Notes: a model not told the origin generated them from the letters alone. A DNA stretch of 47,543 nucleotides from Methanobacteriaceae archaeon UBA587 (GCA_002504725.1 DATN01000007.1:1-47543), one strand, 5' to 3'; positions 35,411 to 46,487 are shown, counted from the first letter of the stretch. A program made the numbers and translations.

Positions 35411-36271
35411 CTATTGATCCTGGTGACAAATATTCATATAATCACATTTTAGGCATTTGTGCTGGTTTATTGAAATCTCAGGCAGGTTACCATGGTTCAC
35501 AATATCTCTTATATGGTCCAGGATCATGAACAGCCCTTCTCTTAATTCAGAATCGATTATAACAGGCCGACGGTCATCGATTTTAATATAATCAATAAAC
35601 CCTACCATAATGTCGGTATCAAATTCCTGCTCTATTAAAAGTGAATACGCGGCCAGTTCCAGGGCATCAGAATCCCAAACTCCTCTTAATGGCGGGTTCT
35701 TAGACTTTATGATTATGGGGTAATATTTTCCCTCTATAATCTCTATTTTATCCACGCTTCCGGATATCTGCAGACTTTTATCTCTCATCACATAACTCTG
35801 CAGGGAAGGGGGAAACATCATTTCTGCGATTTGAGATCCTTCCTTCTGAGTATTGTTCATGATTTTATTCACCTTGGAGGTCATTATCTGGACTTCTAAG
35901 CTCAAATAATTGTTCAAAATATTACGGACTTTTTCTAAATCAACCTCATCACCATTGTACGGTCCAAATCTTTCTAAATATTTTCCGATGAGTGAATTCA
36001 CATCGTTGGCAAGAGCATCTTCAATCTGAGCACTATCCATATCTTTTTTCACCGTCCATAGATTACGCCGAAGTAGATCCTCAAAATCACGTAGGAACTG
36101 TTTACTGATATGAAAATTACCTGAATTATGGGGATTAGTTGGGTAATTATCCTTTAATTCTTTCTTTTTTTCGTTTTCTAAGTATTCATCATCTTCTAAA
36201 TGGTATTTAAGATATAATTTAACTGGACAATAGAGATATTCTCCTATGGAAGAAACTTTAATGGACATCAT
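35411..36271 (-). CDS. Cas4-family PD-(D/E)xK nuclease with Fe-S cysteines (DUF83), solitary
   Basis: N-terminal YLYCPVKLYL (Cas4 CPxK motif). VDKIEIIEGKYYPIIIKSK contains D...E.K. QhxxY motif ELAAYSLL. C-terminal CLKCDYMNIC gives CxxCx5C, matching the Cas4 4Fe-4S arrangement with the N-terminal Cys. Confidence 0.7.
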   Translation of the reverse strand: MMSIKVSSIGEYLYCPVKLYLKYHLEDDEYLENEKKKELKDNYPTNPHNSGNFHISKQFLRDFEDLLRRNLWTVKKDMDSAQIEDALANDVNSLIGKYLERFGPYNGDEVDLEKVRNILNNYLSLEVQIMTSKVNKIMNNTQKEGSQIAEMMFPPSLQSYVMRDKSLQISGSVDKIEIIEGKYYPIIIKSKNPPLRGVWDSDALELAAYSLLIEQEFDTDIMVGFIDYIKIDDRRPVIIDSELREGLFMILDHIRDIVNHGNLPEISINQHKCLKCDYMNICHQDQ

Positions 36272-36413
36272 CACACCTTTCTATTTGATATCCTATTATT
36301 AATATTTCTTAATTAATAAGTATTACTAATTTTTTAAAAAAATAAGAGAAAAAAATAAGGAGTGCCCCTCATTTAATTCTTCTAACAATTATTCTAAAAT
36401 TATTTGTATAAAA

Positions 36414-37706
36414 TTAATCTTCTAAAACCCTGATAAACATGCTTTTTTCCTGAACCACGTTCAGACTGTCTATTTCTTCCATAGCTTGTTTAATATTCTT
36501 TTCCAATGCTTCATGGGTCACCATGAATATGGGAACGGCCTGGCCATGGCTTCGTTTTTTCTGGGTTACTGACTCCAGACTGATATTGTAATTTCTTAAA
36601 ATCTTAGAGATACGATATAGGACTCCCGGTTGGTCCAGGGCAGTTAAGCGGATGTAATATTTGGAAATAACATTGTCTAAATCTTTTATATTTTTAACCT
36701 GACTTTCTGGGGGTCCGTAGGGTATATTTTTTTGTGGATGATTAATAATATCCAGACAATCACCTAATACGGCACTGGCAGTAGGCATCATCCCGGCACC
36801 CTGCCCATAAAGCATAACCGGGCCCACAGCATCTCCTACAATATATACTCCATTGAAAACATCGTTAACTGAGGCCAGCAGGTGATCTTGTGGTATCAGG
36901 GTAGGGTGTACCCGAACTTCCAGTTCACTATCCACTTTTCGGGCAATTCCCAGTAATTTTATCACGTATCCTAACTCTTCAGAGGCAAACTGGATGTCTT
37001 CGGGGGTGATACGTGTGATTCCCTCTACATGGAAATTTTCCTGTTTTACATATTCGCCGAAACCCATTATGGTGAGTATAATTAATTTCTGGGCAGTATC
37101 GTGCCCTTCTATATCAAAAGTAGGGTCTTGCTCAGCATAACCTTTTTCCTGAGCTTCCTGGAGGACTTCTTTAAATTCCAGTCCTTCCCGACTCATTTTA
37201 GTTAATATGTAGTTGGCGGTCCCATTGATTATTCCGTAAATGGATTCCATATGGTTAGCCGCCAGGGATTCATTTAGTGGTTGCAGGACCGGTATTCCTC
37301 CACCGACACTGGCCTCAAAACAAATACGAACTCCGTTCTCCTGGGCGGCTGAATTTAATTCCTCCCAGTGCTTAGCCAGTAAGGCTTTATTGGCACTCAC
37401 CACATGCTTTCCATTTTCCAGGGCCTTTAAGATGAATGTTCTTGCGGGTTCATAGCCTCCCATAAGCTCTATGACAATATCTATCTCCGGGTCTTCCAGG
37501 ATATCATTGATTTCAGTAGATAACTTTTCAGGGGCAATTTCTACTCCCCTGGGGGTGGTGATGTCCAGATCCACCACTTTTTTCAGATTTACTTCTTTCC
37601 CAACTTTTTTTTGTATTAAATCAATATTCTCATTAAATATGGCCACTACCCCAGAACCTATGGTCCCAAAGCCAATCAGACCTACGTTTATGGTATTTTT
37701 ATCCAT
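36414..37706 (-). CDS. hom: homoserine dehydrogenase
   Basis: [14 protein letters not shown](P)-binding N-terminus. Catalytic domain and C-terminal ACT domain. Confidence 0.9.
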   Translation of the reverse strand: MDKNTINVGLIGFGTIGSGVVAIFNENIDLIQKKVGKEVNLKKVVDLDITTPRGVEIAPEKLSTEINDILEDPEIDIVIELMGGYEPARTFILKALENGKHVVSANKALLAKHWEELNSAAQENGVRICFEASVGGGIPVLQPLNESLAANHMESIYGIINGTANYILTKMSREGLEFKEVLQEAQEKGYAEQDPTFDIEGHDTAQKLIILTIMGFGEYVKQENFHVEGITRITPEDIQFASEELGYVIKLLGIARKVDSELEVRVHPTLIPQDHLLASVNDVFNGVYIVGDAVGPVMLYGQGAGMMPTASAVLGDCLDIINHPQKNIPYGPPESQVKNIKDLDNVISKYYIRLTALDQPGVLYRISKILRNYNISLESVTQKKRSHGQAVPIFMVTHEALEKNIKQAMEEIDSLNVVQEKSMFIRVLED

Positions 37707-37995
37707 ATAAATTCCTCAAATAACTATTTTTAATAAGATGCCTATTTATTATTCTATTTTTAATAATACCTTTAATAATGCCCGTTACAAGTGCCATAGA
37801 AATATATTTATCCCCGGGAAAGGGGTATTGATAACTATTTGCTTGTTATGGTTGAAATAAAAATTCTATTTAAATCATGAAAAATATACGCGGGCATTTA
37901 TTAATTATTTTTAATTATTTTTTAATTTAATTTAATATCTAAAATCATTTAATTCTATTTAATCTAATTTCAGTTCTAATGTATTTTCGTGAGAT

Positions 37996-39036
37996 TTAAC
38001 TTAAATTTTCAGGCAATCTTTTCAGTTTTATGAATTCATTTAGAGACTCTCTGGTGGTTCCTACAATCACCCGGTAACCAGCATCAGGCCCCATAACCTT
38101 TTCCAGTTTACCCCTCACCATAATTTCCTCTCCTTCCACAGCCTGCCCGGCGTAAGTATGGGTGAAGGAAGCTATCGTGTTAATAGGTACTTGTGGGCCG
38201 TCTATAATCTCCACATCCGTTACCTCATAGACCGCCGGGTTATCAAATGCAGCCAGAGCATCAGAAACCGTACATTCCAGGGTAACATGTTCCAGGGGCT
38301 GGTAAGTGGTGTCTCCATAAGTTCCGGTAATCTCATCCCATTCCCGGGTGGCCAGTATGTCAAATAAGGTGCCGTTTATAACACCCCGGTTATTTTTCCG
38401 GTTTTCATACCAGCAGAATTCTTTAAAACTCAGAGTATCGTCCTTTATTCGTTTATCATAGATTTTTTGCCAGTATTCATCGCTAATGCTGCTGAATACG
38501 TCCTGATCTTTAATTTCATTAAAGAGATGCATGGCCCGCCGGTGGTTAGCCAGTCCATAAACCACAAAATCAATATCAGAATGGTGGGGATTATATAGTC
38601 CCGGTAAAATGGATCCTGAAATTCCCAAACTTTCATAGGGTATCCCGGCACCCTCATGGAAGGTATGGGCAATAGTTATCACTTTTTGCAGTAATGGTTC
38701 CATGGGCTCGCTGTTCATAATCTCCTGCAGGCGTTGATGGGGCCTTAGGATCTCTTTTACTTTGTCCTGGGGTACTCCCATCATTTGCACCTGGGTATTC
38801 TCACAGTCAAAGAGATATTCAGGATAATTTTCTTTTAAAAAAGAGTAAGCCTGTTCGGAGTCTACTTTAGAATATCTTTTATTATTCAGGGATCTGTCGC
38901 CATGGGGGTCGGGCACATAACGCAGAAATGCCAGTATACGGTCTTCAGGATGCAGGTAAGATGTGGTGGCAAAAAACAAATCATCAGAGGTGTAAATGAA
39001 ATCTCGTGGTCGGGCTTTGATAGATCTGGCTTTCAT
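37996..39036 (-). CDS. Pol-beta-superfamily nucleotidyltransferase-domain protein, function unknown
   Basis: [24 protein letters not shown] matches the GS-x(n)-[DE]xD minimal NTase motif. 346 aa. Confidence 0.5.
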   Translation of the reverse strand: MKARSIKARPRDFIYTSDDLFFATTSYLHPEDRILAFLRYVPDPHGDRSLNNKRYSKVDSEQAYSFLKENYPEYLFDCENTQVQMMGVPQDKVKEILRPHQRLQEIMNSEPMEPLLQKVITIAHTFHEGAGIPYESLGISGSILPGLYNPHHSDIDFVVYGLANHRRAMHLFNEIKDQDVFSSISDEYWQKIYDKRIKDDTLSFKEFCWYENRKNNRGVINGTLFDILATREWDEITGTYGDTTYQPLEHVTLECTVSDALAAFDNPAVYEVTDVEIIDGPQVPINTIASFTHTYAGQAVEGEEIMVRGKLEKVMGPDAGYRVIVGTTRESLNEFIKLKRLPENLS

Positions 39037-39080
39037 AAATAATTAAGTGGTAGAGGACACTATTAAATATGTAAGATAAT

Positions 39081-39458
39081 ATGCTGGTCAGTAGAATTAT
39101 ACCGGGCAGGGATCTCAAGGAAGATATACAGGACCTGCAGCAAAAAAACAGCTTAAAAGCAGGGATGGTTATCTGTGCAGTGGGCAGCCTGAAAGAAGCT
39201 GTTTTAAGAATGTCTAATGAAGAAATAAAACATTTTAATGGTCCCTTAGAAATCGTCTGTGTCCAGGGAACAGTCTCTCCCCAGGGGGTCCATGTGCATC
39301 TGGCGGTTTCGGATGAAAATGGCCAGGTATGGGGTGGTCACCTTAAGAAGGGCTGTATGGTGCATACCACGGTAGAATTATGTATTTTAGAATATTATGG
39401 TGTATTTAGGAGGGAAATGGATTCTGCAACTGGTTTTAAAGAACTGGTAGTCGATTAA
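39081..39458 (+). CDS. PPC/DUF296 domain protein (predicted DNA-binding, COG1661-like)
   Basis: 125 aa. GHLKKGCMVHTTVELCILEY resembles the DUF296 core. Confidence 0.6.
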   Translation: MLVSRIIPGRDLKEDIQDLQQKNSLKAGMVICAVGSLKEAVLRMSNEEIKHFNGPLEIVCVQGTVSPQGVHVHLAVSDENGQVWGGHLKKGCMVHTTVELCILEYYGVFRREMDSATGFKELVVD

Positions 39459-39659
39459 ACCCCTTCTAGGATATTACACCAATCCCATATTTTATTTATC
39501 ATAATGCTTTAACTAAACCTAATAAAATTCAAAAATGATTAAAAAGTTCAATTATTAATCAATTGATACATCTCCCTCAGAGAGTGAAGGGATCATATCC
39601 AACTCCGGTATAAAATAATCAATTTATCTAAAAATATCTTTAAGGTAGAGGCATAAACT

Positions 39660-40241
39660 ATGCAAATGATTCATCAACATTTAAAGAAAAACTTATGTTA
39701 TGATGGCAGTCCCATACAACCCCTGTGGGCATTGGATAAACATGGCATAAAGGGTTCCAGTATCGTGACCTGGGTGGGTCCCATGTACATTGAACCACAG
39801 AATATAGTGGATGTGGAAGATGTGGGTCTGGAAATAAAATCAGATAGGATGGTCCATTTTATTGTGGAACATTTTGACTGTCAGCCGGCGGATATAAGGA
39901 CCTGCTATCATCGCCAGAGGATACTGGTTATGTTATTAAAAGACCAGCTCCAGGAGATGGGTATCTACTGCACCCGCTCCGGGGATGACCTATTTGTGGA
40001 TTCTGGAAAACTCACTGTATCCATAGCCACCGTTTCTCCCACCAGCATGAAGATACACCTGGGAATGAACATCACCAGTGAGGGCACCCCGGAGGACGTG
40101 GAGACCAGGGGTTTTCTGGAATGTAAAGATTCCTTGCAGGAAGAACATATAATACAAATTATACATAATGTTTCTAAAGCGTATATTCGTGAAATAGAGG
40201 ATATTGAGAAGGATATAACTAAAACCAGGAGCTTTTATTAA
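39660..40241 (+). CDS. conserved archaeal hypothetical protein (DUF366-like?)
   Basis: 193-aa ORF with normal codon composition. The family call is weak. Confidence 0.5.
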   Translation: MQMIHQHLKKNLCYDGSPIQPLWALDKHGIKGSSIVTWVGPMYIEPQNIVDVEDVGLEIKSDRMVHFIVEHFDCQPADIRTCYHRQRILVMLLKDQLQEMGIYCTRSGDDLFVDSGKLTVSIATVSPTSMKIHLGMNITSEGTPEDVETRGFLECKDSLQEEHIIQIIHNVSKAYIREIEDIEKDITKTRSFY

Positions 40242-40359
40242 TTATATGCTTTGCTTATTTTAATAAATTATTTCTATTATCCTTTCGGTTATCATCATCT
40301 CTATTATCAAATTCTCTTATTCCCTTAAAATTAAGTGGGATTTATTTATATCAAAATCA

Positions 40360-40479
40360 AATTTTAATTGAATTAAAATTCGAATATATCAGAATTTTAT
40401 CCAAAATTTAATCAAATTTTAATTCATAAATAATTCAACCGATCACTTTAAAAATATTAATTCACCGAATTTTAATTCA
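40360..40479. repeat. three copies of AATTTTAATT(C/G)A at ~53-bp spacing, first copy a perfect 21-bp palindrome
   Basis: 40360-40380 aattttaattgaattaaaatt. 40415-40426 and 40468-40479 both read aattttaattca. All lie upstream of the queD-like gene. Confidence 0.6.
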
Positions 40480-40582
40480 TCAATTAGTTCCCTAGGAACA
40501 ATTTAATCGAATAAAACTGGATTTTAAATAATTATAAAATATTATAAAATAAAAATTTAAACAACTAAATACAGGTTATCAC

Positions 40583-41062
40583 ATGAAAATAGTTATAAAT
40601 GGTATACATGCTAATTTAAGATTTTCTGCAGCGCATATGATTCCGGAACACGATTCCTGCGGTTGCATACATGGACATTCCTATATCGTGGATGTGCAGG
40701 TGGAAGGGGAGCGCAGTGGAAAATTTGGTTTTGTGGCTGACTTCAAGGAAGTGAAAGGTATCGTGCGGGAAGTTTGCGCTGATCTGGATCATAAGGTTCT
40801 GCTTGCCCTGGAAAACGAATTTATCAACTTCAAATCCATAGGTGATTCAGTGGAATTCACCATTGCCGGTAAGGAATACAAATTACCTGCCGAGGACTGC
40901 CGACTACTGCATCTAAAATCCACCTCTGCCGAGGATCTCTCGGAATATTTTGCCCACCGGGTTTTTGACCGGTTACAGGAAAAAGGCGCCGAAATATCCA
41001 GTGTACAGATTTGCGTAAATGAGGGCATAGGACAAGGGGCATTTTTCACTAAAAGTATTTAA
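40583..41062 (+). CDS. queD: 6-carboxy-5,6,7,8-tetrahydropterin synthase (QueD/PTPS family)
   Basis: CGCIHGHSY zinc-binding motif (CxxxHGH). About 159 aa. Followed by queE. Confidence 0.75.
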   Translation: MKIVINGIHANLRFSAAHMIPEHDSCGCIHGHSYIVDVQVEGERSGKFGFVADFKEVKGIVREVCADLDHKVLLALENEFINFKSIGDSVEFTIAGKEYKLPAEDCRLLHLKSTSAEDLSEYFAHRVFDRLQEKGAEISSVQICVNEGIGQGAFFTKSI

Positions 41063-41248
41063 TAGGTCTCTCTAGAGGAATTAAATAATAATAAACCTTA
41101 TATGCTGGTGAATTTAATTAAATTTGAAAAAATTTTGAAAAATCAGGAGATATTCTCTGAAATTTAATCATAGAATATTCTAAAGAATTCAAGGAAAATC
41201 TCGAAGCTATTTTTCAAAATTGTAAATAAAAACTAAAAAAGGCCCACT

Positions 41249-41950
41249 ATGAAAGCACCTATCATGGAAGTATTTTCCAGTATTCAGGGAGAGGGATTAT
41301 TAATTGGCCGGAGACAGATATTTGTCCGATTTGCTGGCTGTAATTTAAACTGTACTTACTGTGATACTCCCGAGAGTAGAGATCCCCAGGCAGGAACCCA
41401 GGTATCCCTGCAAGAACTGCAGAAAAAGGTCCATAATATACTCACCCCTGATTTTCATTCCATTTCTTTTACCGGGGGAGAACCACTCCTGCAGGCCAAT
41501 TTCATTAAAAATTTTCTGGAAGAAAATGACTTTAAATCCCTATTAGAGACCAACGGATCTTTACCTAAAGAAACAAAAAAAATAGCAGAGCTTATTGATT
41601 ATGCTTCCGTTGATATTAAGCTTTCTGAACATTTTAAGGACATGAATGTGGATGATCTTTGGGCCAGAGAGATGGAATCTGCAAACATTTTAATAGAAAA
41701 AGGTGCAAAGGTATATTGTAAAGTAGTTGTGTTACCTTCTACAAATGTAGACACTCTGAGACTTGTGGCCCATTATATAAAAAGGGAAATCTCGGATTCT
41801 TCCCTGGTTTCCATGGTAATTCAGCCGGCCAGTCCCTTAGAGTATTGGGTTCAACACACTCCTCGTCTATTCAGGATGTCTGAGATAGTAGGGGAAAAAC
41901 TTGATGTATTGACCATACCCCAAGTGCATAAACTTCTAAATGTAAGATAG
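41249..41950 (+). CDS. queE: 7-carboxy-7-deazaguanine synthase (radical SAM)
   Basis: SIQGEG...[11 protein letters not shown] motif, the CxxxCxxC radical-SAM signature with the QueE N-terminus. Confidence 0.85.
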   Translation: MKAPIMEVFSSIQGEGLLIGRRQIFVRFAGCNLNCTYCDTPESRDPQAGTQVSLQELQKKVHNILTPDFHSISFTGGEPLLQANFIKNFLEENDFKSLLETNGSLPKETKKIAELIDYASVDIKLSEHFKDMNVDDLWAREMESANILIEKGAKVYCKVVVLPSTNVDTLRLVAHYIKREISDSSLVSMVIQPASPLEYWVQHTPRLFRMSEIVGEKLDVLTIPQVHKLLNVR

Positions 41951-41961
41951 GAGGTTTTCAT

Positions 41962-42525
41962 ATGGAAATGGAAACTAAAGTGACAGTACACGACGCTATG
42001 ACCTCAAATGTGGTCACCATAGATCCAGAAATCAGCGTTGCCCACGCAGCCCTGCTCATGACCAAAATGAAACTGGGTAGTTTAATTGTGAAAAGCAATG
42101 CTGTACCAGAAGGAGTAATTACTGAAAGTGATATCATTCGAAAAGTAGTTTCCAAAGACTTGAAGGCCAGCGAAATCACTATCCGAGAAGTAATGACTAC
42201 TGATCTCATTAGCATAGCTCCGGGAAGAGAACTCAATGAAGCAGCTCGTTTAATGGCTAAAAACAGTATTAGAAGATTGCCTGTAGTGGAAAATGGTGAA
42301 CTGGTAGGTATACTAACCTCAACTGATGTTATGGTAGTTTCACCAGAACTCACTGAGATACTGGTGGTAAACGCCCGTATTGAAGAGAATAATGTGAGTT
42401 ATTCCCCACAGGACATACCTGTACCGGGTGAGTGCGAAGTCTGTGGAAACTTCATGGAGTATTTAGACGAATATGATGGTAAATTTGTATGTGAGGAGTG
42501 TAAAGAGGATTTAGAGGGTGAATAA
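41962..42525 (+). CDS. CBS-pair protein with C-terminal C4 zinc ribbon
   Basis: Two CBS motifs, then CEVCGNF...CEECKED. AGGAGG RBS. Confidence 0.8.
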   Translation: MEMETKVTVHDAMTSNVVTIDPEISVAHAALLMTKMKLGSLIVKSNAVPEGVITESDIIRKVVSKDLKASEITIREVMTTDLISIAPGRELNEAARLMAKNSIRRLPVVENGELVGILTSTDVMVVSPELTEILVVNARIEENNVSYSPQDIPVPGECEVCGNFMEYLDEYDGKFVCEECKEDLEGE

Positions 42526-43339
42526 TTTGAATGTGGAAGAGGTTATGACCTCCAACCCGGTCACTGTTTCTATGGACGCTGCTGCCACCAGAGTGCGTTC
42601 TATTTTCCGGGAAGAGGGCTTCCGCTGCATCCCTGTGGTATCTGGACATCGTCTGGAAGGTTTAATTACCAGAGGGGATATCTTAAACATCTCTGCTACT
42701 AAATCAAATATCGAAGCTCGGGGTTTAATGGAACAAGCTAAAGTTGTACTGACTCCAGAATCAGATATTCTGGAAGCAGCCAGTAAACTTATATTTTCTG
42801 AAGAGATTCAAGCCCCTGTGGTGGAGAACAGCGAAAATTTTAAATTGGTGGGAATATTAAGTGTGGTTGATATTCTACGAGGAATCTTAGAAGAAGGCCT
42901 GGTGCCTCATAAGAAAACTTTGGGGGATATAATGACCAAAAACGTCGTTAATTGCGACTTCCAAGACATGGTTTCCAAGGTGTGGAATCAAATGGACCAG
43001 TCTGGTTATTCTGGTTTGCCTGTACTAAAGAAAGGCAAATTAATTGGGATAATAACCAGAAAAGACCTGATAAACTCGGGTCAAGCACGCATTGGCAAGG
43101 AGTCGGACCATAGCAAGCGATCAATTGCTGTGGAGAAGATCATGAAGACTCCGCCGGTGGTAGGTACATTGGACATGCCGGTGAATGAAGCCGCGGGTTT
43201 ACTGATCCAGAATGATATTGGACGATTGCCTGTGGTGGAAAAACCAATGTATGTGAAAAAAGAACCAAATAGATCTAAAGAAGCAGATTTAATTGGAATA
43301 GTTGCAAGAGAAGACGTTTTGAGGTCGTATGTAACTTGA
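42518..43339 (+). CDS. CBS-domain protein (4 CBS motifs)
   Basis: Four repeats of the hVTVxxD...RhPVV pattern. GTG start overlapping the upstream stop, so the 5' end is uncertain. Confidence 0.75.
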   Translation: MNNLNVEEVMTSNPVTVSMDAAATRVRSIFREEGFRCIPVVSGHRLEGLITRGDILNISATKSNIEARGLMEQAKVVLTPESDILEAASKLIFSEEIQAPVVENSENFKLVGILSVVDILRGILEEGLVPHKKTLGDIMTKNVVNCDFQDMVSKVWNQMDQSGYSGLPVLKKGKLIGIITRKDLINSGQARIGKESDHSKRSIAVEKIMKTPPVVGTLDMPVNEAAGLLIQNDIGRLPVVEKPMYVKKEPNRSKEADLIGIVAREDVLRSYVT

Positions 43340-43676
43340 TTTTAAACAAACACCACTCAGAAAGACTGGATTGCTTTACTACTAATTTTAGAGAGCAATC
43401 ATTTAAAGAAAATTCATTTTTTAACATTTTTCAGAGTTACTGCTATAACACTGACGTCCTTGCCATCTTTCCAAATATTAAAAATATTAATTCAATTATT
43501 ACAAAAGGCAGGTCAAAAGGCAGGTGTGATGAACCGGGTGATTATAAAAATTGCCTGATGGACAAAATAACATGAAAATATGGAGTTTATGAGATTTAAA
43601 TGATTATAAAACATTTAAACTTGATTTAAAGTTCATTCAATTACATAAAATATGTATATCTCGTAGAGGTGTATGA

Positions 43677-44618
43677 ATGAGACAAAAGAACACCATGAGT
43701 AAAGTAAGGTCCATGGATCGTGGACCCATAGAGTTTGAGAGTAGAACTTTCGAACATGATGGCGATGTCATGAGCATTGCCAAAAAAGAAGTGGTAACCA
43801 TCCCTCAGACAGCCACTATTAAAGAAGCCGCGGAGATAATGGTAAAAAACAAATTCAGAAGACTGCCCATTACCAATCCAGGTACTGGTAAACTTCTGGG
43901 TATCGTAACCTCCATGGACATATTAAACTTCTTAGGAGGGGGAGATAAATCCAAACTCCTGGAGGAAAAATACGAGGACAACTTTTTAGCGGCCATCAAT
44001 GAATCTGTAAAAAAAATCATGACCCGGGAGGTTCATTACATCACTCATAAAGACTCCATCGATGTAGCAGTAAATAAAATGATGGAGTATGGTGTAGGGG
44101 CACTACCAGTATTAGGTGCAGAACAGGATCTGGTGGGAATAGTATCTGAAAGAGATCTGGCCTTAATCATGGCAGGAGTGGTCACCGATGAACTGGTGGA
44201 AGATTTCATGACTTCCAAAGTAATCACCACCACACCGGGAACTCCTATTGAGGGCGCCTCTAAAATAATGGTGCGAAATCGTCTGCGGAGAATTCCAGTA
44301 TTGGGAGAAGAGAGAAGAACTCCCCACCCGGAAAATGAAAAACTGGTGGGCATAGTCACCTCCACCGATATTCTGGAGTTCTTAGGAAACAGCAAAGCTT
44401 TTGGCTCCCTGGTTTCTAACAGCGCCCAGGAAGTCTTAAATGCTAAAATCACGGAAATAATGGAGAATGAAGTTATTACCACCACCCCCCAAACCAGACT
44501 AGGGGACGTTTGTGAATTAATGGAAAAAGAAGGAATCGGAGGAATGCCTGTAGTTAAAAACGGTGATTTACAGGGAATTATCACAGAAAGTGATTTGCTC
44601 AAAGTAATCCAAAAATAG
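43677..44618 (+). CDS. CBS-domain protein (4 CBS motifs)
   Basis: Four CBS motifs, each with RRLP/IPV and GIVT. Confidence 0.8.
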   Translation: MRQKNTMSKVRSMDRGPIEFESRTFEHDGDVMSIAKKEVVTIPQTATIKEAAEIMVKNKFRRLPITNPGTGKLLGIVTSMDILNFLGGGDKSKLLEEKYEDNFLAAINESVKKIMTREVHYITHKDSIDVAVNKMMEYGVGALPVLGAEQDLVGIVSERDLALIMAGVVTDELVEDFMTSKVITTTPGTPIEGASKIMVRNRLRRIPVLGEERRTPHPENEKLVGIVTSTDILEFLGNSKAFGSLVSNSAQEVLNAKITEIMENEVITTTPQTRLGDVCELMEKEGIGGMPVVKNGDLQGIITESDLLKVIQK

Positions 44619-44698
44619 TCCATTAATTGATCTTAGAACTTTAGAATAAGCAAAATAATTCTGGAAATCCTATATTAAACATAGGTACAGGTGATTTA

Positions 44699-45541
44699 AT
44701 GAAAGTGAAAGACGTAATGAGTGATGAAGTAGTGGTAATGCAGGATACCCAACAGGTAGCATATGCCCGGAATCTCATGCTTAAACATGGATTCAGCCGC
44801 ATTGTAGTGGTAAACCAGCAAGGAAATCCCGTGGGAATTGTAACAGAAAGGGATATCACTCAAAAACTAAGGGGAAATGGACCCACCTGGAGGAGAAGAC
44901 CCATTGATAAAATAGCCATCAGCAGGGTGATGAACAAAGACCTGATTACGGTATCTCCTGGCGAGAACGTAAAAGAAACAGTGGAGTTAATGCTAAAAAA
45001 CGATATCAGTTCTCTTCCTGTAGTAGATCAGGATGGTCTGGCCGGGATAATAACCAAAACGGATCTCATGCGGGTGTACAATGACAAATGCACCGGAAGA
45101 TGGAAAGTCTCTGATCTGATGACCTCTGAGGTGATTACTGTGAATGAGAACCACGCCATTACCCATGTCATCAGTTTAATGGAGGAAAATAAGATAGGGC
45201 GTATTGTGGTTATCCGTGATAATGAGCCAGTGGGCATGATAAGCTCTGAAAATATCTCCTTTGCCCAGGTGGATGATCCGGAAACCGGGGTGAATGTGGA
45301 GCGGATCTACTTTGTACGGCCAGTTGCAGAAGGTGAGGAAAACAGGAACGCCCGTACCATATCCATGCTAACTGCTGGTGATATCATGACTCAGGATCTG
45401 CAGGAACTCCAACCCGATAATGATGCTTCCCAGGCCGCTGAACTAATGATAGAAAAGGATATCAGTGGTTTACCTGTGGTAAATGACGGGGAACTGGTGG
45501 GGATACTCACCAAAACCGACATAATAAAGGGCATTCAGTAA
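44699..45541 (+). CDS. CBS-domain protein (4 CBS motifs)
   Basis: Four CBS motifs. N-terminus MKVKDVMSDEVVV parallels the next gene. Confidence 0.8.
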   Translation: MKVKDVMSDEVVVMQDTQQVAYARNLMLKHGFSRIVVVNQQGNPVGIVTERDITQKLRGNGPTWRRRPIDKIAISRVMNKDLITVSPGENVKETVELMLKNDISSLPVVDQDGLAGIITKTDLMRVYNDKCTGRWKVSDLMTSEVITVNENHAITHVISLMEENKIGRIVVIRDNEPVGMISSENISFAQVDDPETGVNVERIYFVRPVAEGEENRNARTISMLTAGDIMTQDLQELQPDNDASQAAELMIEKDISGLPVVNDGELVGILTKTDIIKGIQ

Positions 45542-45662
45542 AGCAGGAAAACTCCTGTGATAATGAATTTTAATGAAAATAAACGGTTTAATCAATAATA
45601 AATAGTAAAATAATGGATATAAATGGTTCTTAATTAAAATAAGAATCAAGGGGATATTTAAA

Positions 45663-46487
45663 ATGCGAGTAAAAAATATAATGTCAAGCGATGTCGTGGT
45701 AGTAGATAAAGACCAGAATGTTTGTGACGCCCTCCGAATCATGAAAAAACACAAATTATCCCGACTTCCTGTGATAAACACCAATAACGACCATGTAAAA
45801 GAACTGGTGGGTATGGTAACTGAAAAAGACATTGCCATGAAACTGGGTTCATCCAAATATGGTAACATGGCCCCTTCACACTTCCATGTATCCACGGTAA
45901 TGAGTAAAGAGGTAATTAAAGTGGACATGGAAACAGACCTGGGAACCGCCGCCAATATGATGCTGGAAAACCATATCGGTGGCATGCCCGTAATAGAAGA
46001 TGGGGAAATGGTGGGAATGGTCACCAAATCCGACTTCATTGACACCTGCCGGGGTAAAGCATACGAGAACCAGGTGGTGGAAGAGGCCATGAGCACAGAA
46101 CTCATCACTGTGGCACCTTCTGATAGGATAGTCCATGCCCGGCGCCTGATAATCGATGCCAAAGTGGGTCGGCTTCCAGTCATGGAAAACGAGGAGATAG
46201 TGGGCATAATAACTGCCAAAGACATAGCCAAATCCATGACCTCCTTCCGAAAAGTGGTACCAGACAAACACAAAGCCGCCCGGATAAGGAACTTGCTGGT
46301 GGAAGACGTCATGACCCAGAATGTGCAGAACATACTGGCCACGGCCAACATCACCCAGGCCGCGGAAATGATGCTGGAACACGGCTGCAGCGGTTTCCCG
46401 GTGGTGGATGAAGACCAGAATACAGTGGGCCTGATAACCAAAACTGATTTACTGGATATAATAGTGGAGATGGAGGGGGTACGCTAA
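45663..46487 (+). CDS. CBS-domain protein (4 CBS motifs)
   Basis: Four CBS motifs. N-terminus MRVKNIMSSDVVVV. Confidence 0.8.
   Translation: MRVKNIMSSDVVVVDKDQNVCDALRIMKKHKLSRLPVINTNNDHVKELVGMVTEKDIAMKLGSSKYGNMAPSHFHVSTVMSKEVIKVDMETDLGTAANMMLENHIGGMPVIEDGEMVGMVTKSDFIDTCRGKAYENQVVEEAMSTELITVAPSDRIVHARRLIIDAKVGRLPVMENEEIVGIITAKDIAKSMTSFRKVVPDKHKAARIRNLLVEDVMTQNVQNILATANITQAAEMMLEHGCSGFPVVDEDQNTVGLITKTDLLDIIVEMEGVR

Noticed and set aside
37800-37820. Small hairpin ccccgggaaagggg between hom and the NTase gene as a terminator
   Set aside because: Only a 4-bp stem and no following T-run on the relevant strand.
43336-43575. 79-aa ORF in CBS-array spacer
   Set aside because: TTG-initiated, overlaps the preceding stop, and has no recognisable features. 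Kept only as part of the spacer finding.
44045-44623. 192-aa minus-strand ORF
   Set aside because: Antisense to the well-supported CBS-domain gene 43677-44618. No motifs.
45470-46441. 323-aa minus-strand ORF (and a nested 168-aa ORF at 45876-46382)
   Set aside because: It is entirely antisense to two CBS-domain genes with clear repeated CBS motifs. The product is Ser/Thr-rich low-complexity, typical of an antisense frame in moderately GC-rich coding DNA.
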